DNA of 64,000 nucleotides from Lingula anatina (Eukaryota > Animalia > Brachiopoda): assembly GCA_051362555.1 (NCBI GenBank), contig CM120642.1, forward strand, positions 30,690,001-30,754,000. The letters are read 5' to 3'. A model generated the notes under the pieces. The model ran no database searches. It saw only the letters and a program-made list of their open reading frames with translations, and was not told the origin of the DNA. Position numbers and translations under genes: made by a program. This document shows positions 46,474-58,900 of this stretch, in pieces; within the stretch, counting starts at the first letter, position 1; each line of letters begins with the position of its first letter.

Positions 46474-48026
46474 ATGTCGAAAAACACAGCAGACAATAAG
46501 TTCAGGAAAATTGATGTCGACCAGTATAATGAGGATAACTATCAAGATGAAGTCGCTGATGATGGGCAGGACATGGGACCAAATGAACAAGAAGTCTCAA
46601 GTTTCCTTAGTCAGTATCCTTCCTTGTTAGTGTTTTTGCCGGACGCTGACAGTGTCACTCGGTGTCCGTCAGACAGTGTATCTGTTAAATCTTCAGGTGT
46701 CTGCCAAATATTTAGCTTGTTTGATTCACATTCAAGTTTCATTATTTTTTAAATTAAATTTAAAGAAAAATCCACCAAGTTGTTGTGATCATAACCCAGT
46801 GGTATTATATTATTGACAAGAGTTGTATGATTTCCCTAACCAATTATCAGAGGAAAGAATTTAGAGGCACTGCAAGCAGTCCTTAGTAACCCCCCTGTGG
46901 AGACAAAGAACCAAGCTGCCAAAGTAAGATTGTTCTTATTCCTGCAAATATTAAATATATGCTAGACTAGATATTTTTGTTACACATATTTGAGTGTATT
47001 GCAATTTGTAATTTTACTTGGCCAGTAAGGTCAATTAAATAACACATTTTTAGTTTTGATTAATGGTTTCTCTATGAAATCTTTTGAAAATGTTAAAAGT
47101 GACAAGCTCTGAAGGAGATAAATAGGTGATGCCATACTTATCATATTACTGTACTTCTTAACTTAAATATGTTATCCTCCTGCTCATATTAGTTACATGA
47201 CATAAATATACAAGGCACCATCTTATTAATAGGTGCTTGTTTTTGATTTTGCAGGATAGAGCACTGCAGCTAGTGATGAGGGTGCTGCTTTCATTTAAAG
47301 TAGCTGACATTGATAAAGGTGTTAATGCCCTAGACTCACAGACCTTAGATGTTCTTATGAAATATATCTACAGAGGATTTGAAAACCCAAGTGAAGGAAG
47401 CAGTGCACAGTTGCTAACATGGCATGAAAAAGTAGGTTATAACATTTAGAGAAAATATTGTGAATCAAGATATAAAAACCACGTTAATCTAAATTCTATG
47501 TTTTCTCACTACTATGGCTGTCACTTATTTTTTTTACCTTTTTCTTCAATTTTAGCTCTTAATATCTTTAAATTTTATAAAGCATATAAAAAAAGACGAC
47601 ATATCAGAAGATAATTTTTGGAGAGGGATACCATTAAAATTTTCTGTTTTCCACACATTTTGATCAACTAACAATCCAACTTTCCCTCCCTTCACTCACT
47701 TGAAATGAAAATAAATTCTCAGCAAAGTGATCTTTTTCCAAAATAAGTACCTTTTCACCTGCTAAAATTGACCATGATAGTAGGTTAAGAAAAAAAAAAA
47801 GGTTTAGAAAAAAATATATTGTCTTTATTAGTATACACTATCTGTGTTTACTTTTATCAGCAAAACAACTGACAGCATTCCCCATCTGGCCGTTGGTCTC
47901 CACTGGTACAAACACACAGAGTAATGAATGTGCGTTTCTGTCTCACTATAACATTTCTTTCAGGTCTTTGAGATAGGAGGCTATGGATGCATAATGCGTG
48001 TCCTGACGCAAAGGAAGAAAGTTTGA
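46474..48026 (+). CDS. ARPC5: Actin-related protein 2/3 complex subunit 5 (p16-Arc), 150 aa
   Basis: Exons 46474-46613 (MSKNTADNKFRKIDVDQYNEDNY...), 46851-46923 (GKNLEALQAVLSNPPVETKNQAAK), 47255-47431 (...DVLMKYIYRGFE...LLTWHEK) and 47964-48026 (VFEIGGYGCIMRVLTQRKKV*). Confidence 0.97.
46614..46850 (+). other. U12-type (minor spliceosome) GT-AG intron 1 of ARPC5
   Basis: 5' site GTATCCTT. Branch point TTCCCTAAC (46832-46840) lies 10 nt before the end of the intron, and there is no polypyrimidine tract. Confidence 0.88.
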
Positions 48027-49275
48027 ATGTATGCCACTGCCTATAGGTGGCAGCATTTAAGGTGCTGACATCTATTGGAGAATGTGAGCAATGATGTGAT
48101 ATTTACAAATGCTGTATTTCCTCAGTAATTTTAAATGTACTTGACTTCTACAGGGTACTGTAACTTGACTGCCTTCTTTACATCTGAATCAAAGAGGAGA
48201 GACACAATGTCCTTTGGTCAAGGATGGTACTGAAAGAACCATTCTCAGAACTTCACAGGAAAAAAAAAATAGAAGAGCAGTTCAGCATTTGTTGATGTCG
48301 CATTCTTGCTAGGCATGTGCATGATATGTTCAGTGTGATTGATGTATTTATTTTCCACATAGTATCATGGTTATTTGATTGTTGTCCACTTTTGAAGATA
48401 TGATTTAGCTCTCAGGGTGACAGTGGATTCTCAGTTTGCTGAGAGTGGATACATGTACATAAAGTATATCATTCTGACAACAGATTCAGTTTTTAACCTT
48501 ACTAGGCTAATGAAAGGATTGAATGGCTGGGGGCGTGTCATCTTTTCTATCTCAGATTTTTATCATCTTATCTCTGATGGAAATGCTCTGCTGGGTTTAT
48601 TTGGTTTATTTCAGTAGCTTTTTTCAGATGGCTTGGTTTTGTACATTGCTTCACATTATATAACCTTTCGGGCTCTGAGCAGTAAACCTAATTTGCAAAT
48701 AAAAATTGTTGAGAATATAAGCTCAAAGTAGTATGTGTATATCACAGCAGAATTAAGTATAACAACTTTTAGGGAATAACATTTTCCTTAAGGTAGTTGC
48801 TGCCATGTCTAAGAATGATTCCAGTTGAGTACAACATACAATGTACATGTGTAACATGTCAATATATATGTTTGTTACTTGTTAATATTCACATCTCCTC
48901 TTAATATGCTTTTCTAGAGTGATTGTTCTGGTCATCCAGGGTGACATGTTTGTTTGAAATTCAGCATTTATGTTACTTAAACATGTACCATTTGTCTGTG
49001 CGTGCGAGTGTGTGTGTGTGTTGGGGGGGGGGGGGCTGCTTGAAATGTGAGTTTTGGTAGGGTTGAAGGTCGTATATATGTAAGTGACAGATATACGATG
49101 AGAATAGAATTTCAAGAAGAGAGTGAGATGTGTAAGTGCTTATTTCATTAGAACTGGATATCTATATTTATATCTCATACTTTTTTCTTCACTCTGACTT
49201 GTTTCTTGTGACTTTCCCTGAAAAAGGATTAAAGTAAATGTGAAAGATAATTCAGCTTCAAAGCTGAAAGAAAAA

Positions 49276-49277
<2 letters not shown>

Positions 49278-49317
<40 letters not shown>
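49278..49317. repeat. (AC)n microsatellite
   Basis: Read directly from the sequence. Confidence 0.9.
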
Positions 49318-49319
<2 letters not shown>

Positions 49320-52300
49320 TCAGTTTGGACGTATGGAAGAATTTATCACTGACAGTCAGTTTGTTTTTGTGTGAAGCATGTATTATAGCTGTGATGATTT
49401 GGCTCAAGTTTCAAGTTTGTCATTGTTGTTCCTCATAATCCTGCATGTGTTTTTTGGTTTGTTATGCCAGTTTGTCAGGTTTGTCAGTTTATTGTGTTCT
49501 GCATTGTGCTAAGTCAGGTTGCATGAGTGTCATAGTGGTGTCACAGGCAAACAGGTGTGTTTTCACATTGATTGAAGCTCTGCCATGTGTGAGGAGTTCC
49601 CAAGTAATCCTGTTCACACTATTTCTGTCTCAATCAGACTATAGCTGTGTACACATCTAGACAGGTTCTGACAACTTATATGGATACTATCTGCATTTGA
49701 AATGCCCCCAAAGTAATATTTTCTGTCTACATGTCCTGCAAATCTTTCCCCTATTCATACCTTAAAACTGATAAAACCTGTAAGTACCTGATGTCAATAT
49801 TTCCTTCTGCAATATACAGGATGCCATTGGGGTTTAAAAGAGAAACATTTAAAGCAATTAATTAAAAATGAATATAAGACTTTTCGAAATCGAAATTTCC
49901 TTCACTTTCTCTTACTCCCAAATCATTGCATGACCCATCCCTAGCTTGTAAGTACAATAATAATATATTGAAACCAGACCACTTTGTAATAATTCTAGAC
50001 TTAGGCTTTTTTTTTTTAATCTCAGCAGTTACTTTGTTTCTCTTTTCACAAATTTAGTATTTTCATTTTCTGAACATAATATTTTACACTACTGAAAAAT
50101 GTTTTTTTTTTTTAATTCCCCTTTTTGTTTTATATTACAAATTTGACTGCTAAGCAATGATTCAGAAATATATCTATGTTTTTTTGGTAGATTTAACATG
50201 CATTTTCAGATAAGAGATATTGTTCACATCATTTGCTTGTGGAAGCAGTTTGTATATTGCAAAAATCATCCTTTGGTTATACAATTTTAAGTGGTTGGCT
50301 ATTCATGCCAGCCAGCAGAAAATGTTTACAGGCTAAATCTAACTGTGTTTGTAAGCTTTTTATTGTTGTTTTTGACTGCACAGATAAATGTTTGTTTGAT
50401 GTAGTTTATGATTTTGTGCCAAGTTTTGTTGTTTATGAATGAAGAATGTTCTGAATGAATCATTAACACATGAATTTTGATGTTTCATTTCAGGTTTAAA
50501 AACTTTTGAAAATTTTTAATGAGTTACAAATAGGTGGAATTTGCTTCATTTTTTAAAATGAACTAAGTTACATGACAGAAAAAGAGAGAAGTAAAATCAA
50601 TGTTAACCCAATGTTTATGTTGAGGGCATATGGCATGATAATTTTTTATGGTCAATAATTTATTTTCAGAGCTTTAAGAAAGGAGGCCTTGGATGTATTG
50701 TACGTGTACTCACTGATAGAAAGATGGTTTAGTGAAGCATACAGGTGGCAGCACATACCAATCACAATGAAATCTCTGCCAAGACAGTCTTGTTTCTCAT
50801 CTTACGAGTCAAAAGGGAGGCTTGTGACTTAGATATACCCTGATACTGGTTCCCGATAGTGGATGATATATCTTGTTGGATTACTGATGCAGTAGTCAGT
50901 TTAGAGTGGCCTGCATTAGCCAAATGGCTGATGTCAATATCTGTCATTTTTTATGTGCAAATAGAAAAAAAAAACATTACTTTTACATTCATAAAAACGT
51001 GGCAGTGATACAGTATGCTGTAACTTTTTCATTATTAATTTGGAGGTAAATTTTGATTAACTGAATTTTCTTTAAATTTCAATGTTTATTCAATACAATT
51101 TAAGACTGAAGCAGATTGAGGCACTCCTGAAAGTGCCATCAGATTAAATGAATTATAATAATATGTTTATGATGAAGTTGTACATTTTTATGAAGTATGT
51201 TCATAATAAAACATTTTAAATAACTGGTTTTGATTAACTATGGTCAGTGTTTTAGAGAATTCACCAAGTCAGCACTTGAAGCTTGGTGACCCACATTCAA
51301 GTGGAGGGTGTGGAGTTTTCACCCCACCCAAACATTGGTCAAAATTCTCTTTGTTGTCATTAACAGGCAAACTTTTTCTTTTCCTATGAAGAGAAGGGAC
51401 AAAAATCTTGATCTTTAAATTTTGTTCTGTTGTGTCATTTGGATTACATACAGGAGAGGACAAAAACCACTGAACTTTTAAGTACTTTTTATTTTTCATG
51501 ATCACAAAAAAGTAACAAGTATTGCATATATTTGAGTCATATATATTACACTAGTAGAAACTCAGTTCACATGTTAATAACTGAAAAAGAAAAACTTAAT
51601 CATGCATAACATAGCCTTTGAACAAGCAAAATCTAGGGCGTAACAGGTATACTGACCAAATTCTTTTCCAAAGTATAAAATATAAATATATGGTTACCAA
51701 ACTGAGCAAAACAGTTTTTCTATAAAAAAAAATAAATATTGTCTGCTCAAGTTGTCTATTGTGAAAACCCTTTAAGCCATAGACATCGAATTAGTAATAA
51801 AACCCAACTAAAAGGTTTTTATCTCTGTTGTTGAAAATTTAATACTCGGTGCAATAATGAACTGGCTTGCTGTATGAAAAGATACCATTAAGAGTATTTT
51901 GTATTTTTATTTCAAAATTAATCTTAATCATCTCTTGAGTATTTAAGGCACACCTCATCGAGACCAGAATTTCTTCTTACCTCTACCAGGGTCTCAGATT
52001 GATTTTTCGCTAGATATTCATAGGTATGCCCCTGGCTAATTTGTGACACGAATCTCTCCCACAACAGAAAAGTGCACATAATTTATCTGCTCCCCTAACA
52101 GAGGGTAAAACTTCCTCCATTATTAAAGTATTATACCATATCTACACTACTACTACTGTAACAGCAGTATCCACACAACTGGTCTGTAGACTACCCTCTA
52201 CACAGAATGAGTCCTATTCACAGATATTTCACTGGCTATCAGTCTGCACTTTCCTGTACTGTGAGAATTTTTGAAAGAAAGAGAAAGTCATTCTCAAGCT

Positions 52301-52706
52301 AGCCCCGGGTAGAGTATACATAGATCCAGTGCAGCTATCCTTGCATGCCAGTCAGTGTTTAAATCCAGATGTAATTCCGACCAATAAAAATATATCTGAT
52401 TAATCAAAAGCACTGACAATGTGTTAAATTATGTTTAACTAGTGCTCTTTAAAGACATGTACTGCAGTAAGTATAACAAATTGTAAAACCATAAATTAAC
52501 ATATATATATTATTGCACATACTGCAAGGTCAACAGCAAATTGTGCAATTTAAAATTCATTAAAAAGTATTCAAGTTCTAATATCAGAAAATCTGTGACC
52601 TAACAGTTCTGTCCTCTATCCATTATAATGTGCTGTAGCTTCCTGTGGCAGTAATTTCACTGTGCATAGATCTTGTAATGTTGACTTGTTTACAGTTCAT
52701 TGAGAC

Positions 52707-55440
52707 TCAGAAATCCCCAGACTCAAAATCACCACAGCTGTTTAAGATGGACTCAACTGGCGTTGAAGGTGGACTCACATTGATAGGGAGGCGCAGAGTA
52801 CTGAGGGGATCAGACACATAACCTGCAAAAATATTCATCATAATAATACGTAACCTAGCTTGACTCAAACAAGAGGCAACAAGTGGTGTAGGTCATAGGG
52901 ATACAAATCTTTATTTATGTCCCCCTTAATGGGGACCTCAGACTGATTGGTGACCCTTTTACTAACAAGTGAACTTCACCATACTTAAGGGCATTTCATG
53001 ACTTTAATAAACAAGCTAATTCACTTACGTTATTATTTTTCAATGATTTAAGTCTAGTTTCTATACACATGCCTTTCACTGAATGAATTAATTCAACAAA
53101 CCACGGTATCTTACTAATAAGTATATATTTGGATAAGGGTATTAAATTTTACTAAAAGCTTTACACCTACCGTTATTATCTATTTGTGGAAATGGTAACC
53201 GTCTTCTGACCTCATCCAGTGGAACCCCACTGTAATATACAGGCATAAATACTGTGAGTGTGTGGAGAGGTATATTTCAATTCACATTCATAACTAAAAA
53301 TCAGGCTTCCACCTGTCTCTGCATTTTTTTTCCATTATTCATCTGTGACACTTGTCATCATTATAATTGATATTAATTTCCTGTTAAGACACTATGACTT
53401 CTGATCTCTATAAGCCTACAATATTGTGACCAGGTTTTTATTTTACTTATAACTACATGTACTTATCTTCTCCTTACATCCCTTCTTACATACACACACC
53501 TACACACACAAAAACACACACACACACATGCACTCACACACATACATATCTTCACGCACATCCATATCACCTACATGCATGCGCACACATGCACACACAC
53601 TTTCCCCCTAATATTTCACCTATTTCTAGAGGCTTCCAGCTCCCAGTGTGTCCTCATAGCCAACACCCTCCCAGTTAGAGGAGGCGTGCTCCTCCCTTCC
53701 TCTTCCTCCTCCTCTGCATCAGATGTCTGAGATGATATGCTACTAGAGTGGGTTGTAGAGTAAAAGAACGTTGTGGGCTCCTCAGCTCCCTCTACAGTGG
53801 AGTTCAGAGACTTTTTGTACTCCTCAAGGTCAACGACAATCTCTGAGAATTCTGGACGTTCCTGAAAATTCATTTCAATACATTTTGATACTCCAAATTC
53901 AGCTAATTAAACTCTTAGGGGATTTCTAAACAGATTCAAAGACTGACCAATGACTACTGTTTATTTTTCAAATAATAATTTGTAATTATTTTATGTCCAT
54001 TTTCAAATCTGAATACCTCAGGGTTGGACTGCCAGGCTTTCTGTAGTAATGCCACTATAGGTTTAGGGAAGGTAATAGCCAGAGGCGGCCGTGTACTCCT
54101 GTATGCCATGTCTGCAGCAGCCGCAGCTAGAAGAAAAAAAACTCATTGGATATGCATCAGCAATTTTCAAGTTTATACATACTTTATTATACATTATAAA
54201 TGTTTACATGTAAACATCATATTTACCCAGTAGCTTAATTATATAAAGTCAGCCAACAGCTGATTCAATTTTTTCTTTACAGTAACTTGCTTTGTTACTT
54301 GAGAACTTGAGTTTATTTGAATCACTATAATTCTACAAATACAAAACAAGGTAACTGCAGTTTTAATTACCAGGTTTAAGGTGACCAAATGGGAGTTCCC
54401 CAGACAGCAGTTCCCACAGACACAGGGCATAGCTGAACACATCTGCCTTGACACTATACTTGGTACACTGGGTGAAGATCTCAGGGGCCATCCAACGGAG
54501 ATTCTGAGTGAAAATAAAACATAATATAAATAGACTATTTTAAATCATTTAATTAAATATGCAAAAATGCAAGTCCTTAAAGTTGTGTGGAAATGCTGTT
54601 TATACTTGTCAAACAAGTATTATTTTGATGTAAAATAAGTATCAAATATTCATATGGTGCATAATTCCCATTTCTTTTTATCTTACATCATTTATTAAAT
54701 AAATAATTGCATGCCCTCAATCAGTAATTCTGAAGATAACGTACCCCTGGTTGTTTGGTCATATTGTCTTCTTCCAAACAGCGAAGGAAGCGAGATTCTG
54801 AAATATATAAGTGACAACATGATGCTATTTTCAAACACATCAAATAACAAGAAGATATTATGGTATGAAGACCTTTTTAAAACCAATACCAAACAAACTC
54901 AGCCATCCATATTTTCTGCAAATAAAAACTAATAACTTCTAAAATGTCTGTCTTAGTTGGACTGATCCCCTTCAACCAAATTGCAATTCTTCTTATGAAC
55001 ACCTGTATAACTTGTGTTGAGGATTAAAATAACAGGTCGTTTAATATGTTTGTTCTATGATGCAATCTGGGCCTTGACCAGTTTAGGTCAATCTTTTTGT
55101 ATGTATTCACAATTACTGTGCTCACAATCAAAAATAAACCATAATTAAAAAGTGGGAGTTAATCAAACGCTCGGGTCAATTTCTATGTATGAATATATCA
55201 TAACCACGTTTATAATCAAAAGTGGACGGAAATTTAAAAAGTGGTAGTTTTAAACTAAAATTTCTAGTGTACTGCACCTCCAAAGTCCGCCACCACTGCA
55301 CGTCCATTTTCATTGAGCAGTATGTTGTGGCTGTTCAGATCTCTGTGGATGATGGGTTGTGGCAGATTATGGAGATATGCCATCCCTTTAGCCACGTCCA
55401 GACTGATGGTCAGCTTGAACTGTAGGTCTAGTAATCTGGT

Positions 55441-55492
<52 letters not shown>

Positions 55493-55909
55493 TCATGTAC
55501 AGTAAGCACTTTCAAATTTATACACCTAAGAATTACCCCATCTTTTCACTAAAAATATTTATTTCTATGAAAACACGACACATTCTTGAATATAATTCTG
55601 GAGGCACTATTGTCAACCATACTAAGATGATAGAATGTAATTTGGATACTACTAAACACCAAAGCATTTTAATTCAAATATCCCTTACCTCTTCTGTTCG
55701 TGGAGGATGCTAAATAAAGATCCTCCACTGACAAACTCAGTAACAATGGCAAATTGCTGAAACCAAACACAACATGTTCTACGTATTTTGATGATATTTA
55801 GGTCAATATAAAATAAGTAAATTAAATATGAATATCTTTATTTAATGTATTCTAATAACGGATCTCATACATGTATATATTTCCATCAATATCAATCTTA
55901 AATAACTAT

Positions 55910-55967
<58 letters not shown>

Positions 55968-58900
55968 TTGGTCTTTTTTTGACTCTTTATTACTTAAAAG
56001 CATGACCTATTTACATATACACATCAAAATACACGGTCTTGTGAAAAAATGTGAACCCCCTGGTGTGGCACGGGCTTTACAATTATTCCCAGTACTCACT
56101 CACTTCACAAGAAAGTCCCACCTTTATGCCTATCAAATCTGTAACCATAAAACAGAACAGTGATCAGCCACTTACACTAGGGTCATCCAGACATGCTCCT
56201 ACAAAGTTGACCACATGTGGACTGTGCAGTTTGGCCAGTATGGAGACTTCCCTGCAGAACATGTCCACATCTGACTTGGCACTGAAGGAATTGGCACGGT
56301 ACCTAGAAAACCAAACACGTATGTGACAACGTAGAATGATAACTTAGAACAATTTTTTTTTGGAAATAAGTGATCAAGTGTTGTTTTTTTTTTTTTTTTT
56401 TGTTTTGTAGTTGTAGTTGTTTTGTTATTTGTTTCAATTCACTCACTTTTCTCCATCTAACAAAACCTATAAATGGTCATCATGAAAATTGCATCTTTAT
56501 TTCTTGAATTTCAAGAAAAAAAATCTAAATTCTACAAACTTATTGTTACTTAAAGCAAGCAGTCTTTCAGAGGAGCGGAATACTATGGCCCATATAAAAA
56601 AATAACCTCTAATGGCAAGATTGAGTTGTCATTAAACCGCACCCCACACTAATTCATCCTAGAATTTCTAAAACCTCACCTTTTAACAGCTACCGTCTTT
56701 CCTGCGTACTTTCCCTTGCAGACTTTCCCAAAGGAACCACTACCTATGGTCTCCTGAAACTCCAGGTCTAGGATATCAATGTGGAAGTGGTGGGGAAGAT
56801 TGACACGTAAGTGGAGAATATCTATCTTTTCTAAAAACAGAAGGAGAGTGAGAGAAGGGTAATCAAAATTTGTACTTAAGCAGTTAAACATGCTTTTTTT
56901 CTGAAAAAGAGTAATCTGCAGTCTTGTCTCGCACACATGATTATAGGCATCTGCAACAAGTGTAAGATTTTCTCTGCAATTATCACTATGCTATGTAAGA
57001 CTACTCAAAATTCTATTAGAAACTACCCATGCAGATAAAAAATAAGCAATTGTGGACAATATAAAATCTAATTAGTTTTGTAGTAGGTTGAATAGTTTCA
57101 AAGAGATATAAAACTTGATAAAAGCAGGAATTGAACTAAAGTGAACTGCCTTTTTCACATGTTTAAACCTGTTGATTGCAATGGCAGTTGACAATGAACA
57201 CCATCTCCATAATGATACACTCACCTCTAGTAATACTTTTCAGTTTGCCCAGTGGTGAGGGAACGGAAACGTAGGAGCCATCACCACCGGGGTGAGTGTA
57301 GTCACCACATGCAGACTCATCCTGAGGACGCTTGTGGTGCTTTAGCAGAGTGACTATAGAATCATGACCTATGGAATATAAATAAATATTGGATACCATA
57401 TCCATAAATCAATTTCAGTCATTGTTTGGTTATTTATATGTTAGTTTCAGTACAGGAATCTTTTTCAAGAAAACATGACAGTCACTGCCAATCATTTGGA
57501 CAAAGAAATTGTTCCGACAACTGAACAACAAAACATATTGTTTCCCCATAATACATCGATCTATTTCATTGACATGTTTCTATCCAAGCAAATTCATAAA
57601 GTATTGGGGGCTTTTCACTTTATTGTGTAAGTCAATCAAAAATAAAGCATTACAGTGACTGAAGAATATGAGCAAGAGCAGCTTTTGAGGTTAGAAAAAA
57701 GCTTAAACATTCTGAAAAAAAAATCATAGTCACAAAGTCACCAGAATACAACTGCTTCATTAAATACCACGTCTCACATTTTAGAGCCAGTAGAACATTC
57801 CCTCTTGACATTATTACCTCTTTCATAAGCCCACATAAGACATGTCTGCTCTTCCTTCTTCTCGCTGTCGCCATTTTGTTCACTGACAGAGGCCACCAGA
57901 TTCATGTCTGCTCCACTGTCCAATAGAAACTGGACTAGACGAAGGTGACCATGGTAACAGGCACTATGGAGGGCTGGAATTTATGTCAACTGGTCATCAG
58001 TGGTCAGACAGAAACTCTCAAATGTAGTCAACAACAGCATATTTTTAAAAAAATATCTGAGTATTTCAGAAATATATTTTATGGCATGCTCTTACTCACA
58101 TAACTGTCCAGGAGAAAAATTTAGTGAGTCAGATTTAAAAAACCCTTTCACATTTTTTCAATAACCTTAGTACTTAAAAAAAATTAATACATGCAATGTC
58201 CCCCTTACCTGTGTGTCCATCTCTGCCCTGATAGTTAATGTTCACCACATTCTGCTCCAGTAAAAATTTCACCAGGTCCAAACTTTTCCCAAATGTGCAG
58301 GCACTAGAAAACAAACACTTCACAATTTTTTTCATCGTTTATTTATCACAATTAAATCATTTTGAACAAGATAAATTTATTTTTCTCTCATGTATTACAA
58401 TAAAGAAAAATTTGTAAAATTTGACCAAGTGTTCCATATCCCAATATTCTGGAAAAATTTATCAAATTAAAAAAAAATACTAATCTGTCTAAATCCTGTT
58501 TCTATTCACACCCCCCCCCCCAAAAAAAAATGTAATTGTAATTAGAATGCAAGAAAGGAGGGAAATATGTTATCTGTCACTCCATTTTTATCAAATCTTT
58601 AAAAAACAGTAACTTTCGAAAACCTGTTTCAAACACAAAAAGGAAGACAAATCTGAATAATGGCATCAAGGTTAGCACTCACCTGTGGAGGGGTGTTTCA
58701 CTGAATATGTTTTCAATTGTCAAACTCTCTGTCCCTGTTTCCTTTATGAGATGTTTCACTACCTCTACCTTGCCGCTGTAACAAGCCCTGGAGTACAAAT
58801 TGGTAACTGATAACTCCAAAGTCTTCATAAAGCACAAACACAATCAAATTAAATCTATCAAAAATGGTGTTGTTTGTTGTTTGTGTTATTTTTTTCAAAA

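Noticed and set aside
48036-48056. CTCF-like motif (ctataggtggcagca) after the ARPC5 stop, and a similar one near 50742
   Set aside because: Partial matches to a short motif that cannot be supported without binding data.
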